Shown here: one piece after another, positions 16,228 to 17,570 of the stretch | Layout: each line of letters begins with the position of its first letter | Numbering within the stretch: position 1 is the first letter of the stretch | Assembly: GCA_030649345.1 (NCBI GenBank) | Contig: JAUSKK010000031.1 | Span: 1-17,570 of the forward strand | DNA length: 17,570 bases | Source of the DNA: Candidatus Iainarchaeum sp. | GTDB taxonomy: Archaea > Iainarchaeota > Iainarchaeia > Iainarchaeales > 0-14-0-20-34-12 | Direction of reading: 5' to 3' | Position numbers and translations under genes: made by a program | The notes under the pieces: model-generated | Seen by the model: the letters and a program-made list of their open reading frames with translations, nothing else | The model's database searches: none | Told to the model about the DNA's origin: nothing

Positions 16228-16262
16228 AGGTGTTGCCTGCAAAACCAACACCTATTTTTTTT
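16228..16262 (+). terminator. Hairpin plus T8 tract after the Cys-rich gene
   Basis: aggtgttg (16228-16235) pairs with caacacct (16246-16253) around a 10-nt loop. A tttttttt run follows at 16255-16262. Confidence 0.65.
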
Positions 16263-16341
16263 ATTTAATTAATTCCTGCAATTGCCAACGAAACTATTAT
16301 TAAGTATTTCTACTTATTTTACTTATGAGGTGTTTTGAAGT

Positions 16342-16563
16342 ATGGTGAATATGACATTGGCAGTTCCGGAAGATTTGAAGAAACTCATGGACAAACACGG
16401 AGAAGTAAAATGGAGTGCGGTTGCGCGCCAGGCTATGTGGGTGCATGCTCAAAAATTGGAATTAATGGATAAACTGGTTTCCAAAAGCAAACTTTCAGAA
16501 AAAGACGCAATGGAAATCGGCCGCAAAATAAAACAGTCCGTTGCAAAACGCCACGGGTTGTAA
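16342..16563 (+). CDS. Ribbon-helix-helix (CopG/VapB-like) antitoxin
   Basis: 73 aa. An N-terminal beta-strand-like MTLAVPEDL is followed by two helices (KKLMDKH / WSAVARQAMWVHAQK) and a charged C-terminal tail. GAGGTG (16327-16332) lies 9 nt before the ATG. It sits immediately upstream of a PIN gene. Confidence 0.7.
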   Translation: MVNMTLAVPEDLKKLMDKHGEVKWSAVARQAMWVHAQKLELMDKLVSKSKLSEKDAMEIGRKIKQSVAKRHGL

Positions 16564-16564
16564 T

Positions 16565-16978
16565 ATGTACATTGTTATTGACACCAATATAGTGATTGCC
16601 GCTTTGATTAAAGACAGCAAAGCCCGTGAAGTTTTAATGAACGAAAATTTTGATTTCATTTCTCCGGATTTTGTTTTGGACGAAATTCACAAATATGAAA
16701 GTTATATTCGTGAAAAGTCTGATCTATCCAAAGAAGCTTTTGAAACCTTAATGACTTTATTGTTTGAGAACATTAAACTTATTCCAGAAGAAGAATATGC
16801 TTCTTCGAAAGAACGTGCAAAAGAGATAATGGCTGAAGACATTAAAGATGTTCCATTTGTTGCTGTTTATTTTGCTTTAAACTGTGATGGTATTTGGACC
16901 AATGATTTGGATTATAAAAATAAAAAAGAACTTAAAATTTTCAGCACAAAAGATTTGCTGGCTGCGATAAATGAATAG
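16565..16978 (+). CDS. vapC: PIN-domain ribonuclease toxin (VapC-like)
   Basis: MYIVIDTN... carries the first PIN acidic residue. Further conserved acidic positions are plausible at LDEI, EDIKDVPF and TNDLD. Start set at the ATG at 16565, one nt after the antitoxin stop. The track's upstream TTG-type extension would overlap the antitoxin. Confidence 0.75.
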   Translation: MYIVIDTNIVIAALIKDSKAREVLMNENFDFISPDFVLDEIHKYESYIREKSDLSKEAFETLMTLLFENIKLIPEEEYASSKERAKEIMAEDIKDVPFVAVYFALNCDGIWTNDLDYKNKKELKIFSTKDLLAAINE

Positions 16979-17013
16979 TTTGGTTTTTGCGGGATTTTCC
17001 TGTACTTATTTTT

Positions 17014-17496
17014 TTATTCAATTAATTCAGATAATTTTTCTATTTTTCCAATTTTTTTCAAACTCCAATACCAAAAACCTAAAATGACTCCAGCTAAAAT
17101 AACCCAAGAAAACAAATGAACAAATTCTAAAACTGAAATTCCAAACACCAAACCAGAAACTACTACCAAAATTACCCGCATTAAATTAACTACCAATAAA
17201 AAAATACTTCCAACCAAAATCATTTTCCCCTTGCTTTTATTACTTGGTTTTGAAAACCCCAAAACCAAACCAATTAAAATTCCGATCGAAGTCAAGCCAT
17301 TGCAATAATTTGCAATCACAATTTCGCGGCCTTGAATAATGAACGTATTTCCTTCAATAATATTTAAACCCAGCAAGTTTCCAATAATTTGCGCAATCCA
17401 TTGATTGAAGAAATTCCAATCCAAAAAATAAATAATTGCATTTACGGCTCCAAAAATTAAAACAAATCGTATTAAAAAAATTAGTTTAGAATTCAT
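17014..17496 (-). CDS. Minimal exosortase/archaeosortase-family integral membrane protein (160 aa)
   Basis: About 5-6 TM segments carry the family signature order: Cys in IANYCNGLTS, Arg in VVNLMRVIL, His in EFVHLFSW. Start set at the ATG at 17496 (MNSKLIF...). A TATA-like TATAAAAT (complement of 17527-17534) lies 31 nt upstream of that ATG. Confidence 0.65.
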   Translation of the reverse strand: MNSKLIFLIRFVLIFGAVNAIIYFLDWNFFNQWIAQIIGNLLGLNIIEGNTFIIQGREIVIANYCNGLTSIGILIGLVLGFSKPSNKSKGKMILVGSIFLLVVNLMRVILVVVSGLVFGISVLEFVHLFSWVILAGVILGFWYWSLKKIGKIEKLSELIE

Positions 17497-17570
17497 TAAT
17501 ATTACCAAGGGACTTTTTTTAATTTAATTTTATACGCAAACCAGTTGCTGACCTTGTGCATAATTAATGT

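Noticed and set aside
16541-16564. 8-codon upstream extension of the PIN gene overlapping the antitoxin.
   Set aside because: It uses a non-ATG start. The ATG at 16565 gives the canonical MYIVIDTN PIN N-terminus and a 1-nt gap typical of coupled TA genes.
1-17570. Search for tRNA, rRNA, C/D-box sRNA, CRISPR repeats and IS or integrase genes in the intergenic regions (5234-5540, 5907-6006, 12124-12240, 15874-15987, 16219-16341, 16979-17013, 17509-17570).
   Set aside because: There are no GC-rich cloverleaf-capable segments, no regularly spaced repeats of 24 bp or longer outside the coding duplication, no RUGAUGA/CUGA box pairs at sRNA spacing, and no transposase or integrase-like ORFs.

Overview
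AT-rich, tightly packed archaeal chromosomal window. The archaeal assignment rests on family D DNA polymerase (DP1+DP2), Orc1/Cdc6, archaeal-type SepF, secF-secD gene order and an archaeosortase-family protein. The compaction and large orphan secreted proteins suggest a small-genome (DPANN-like) lineage, but that is inference only. Left to right: (i) two translationally coupled large orphan extracytoplasmic proteins, the first running off the 5' edge; (ii) orc1/cdc6 on the minus strand; (iii) a 307-bp AT-rich intergenic region with a perfect 13-bp inverted repeat and direct repeats, my best candidate for a replication origin; (iv) sepF plus an uncharacterised tail-anchored membrane protein; (v) a minus-strand UPF0147 - DP1 - DP2 string preceded by a Nog1-like GTPase; (vi) secF-secD; (vii) a stand-alone gene for a 76-aa protein with a Cys-rich head and a two-TM hairpin; (viii) an RHH/PIN (VapBC-like) toxin-antitoxin pair; (ix) a minimal 160-aa exosortase/archaeosortase-family protein. 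I found no rRNA, tRNA, CRISPR array, transposase or integrase. Gene starts are a mix of TATA-proximal (leaderless-like) and Shine-Dalgarno-led. The most interesting items are the orphan secreted pair, the candidate oriC, the Cys-rich membrane mini-protein, the tail-anchored sepF neighbour and the minimal archaeosortase with no substrate in view. All functional calls come from motifs read by eye in the supplied translations; no database search was possible.
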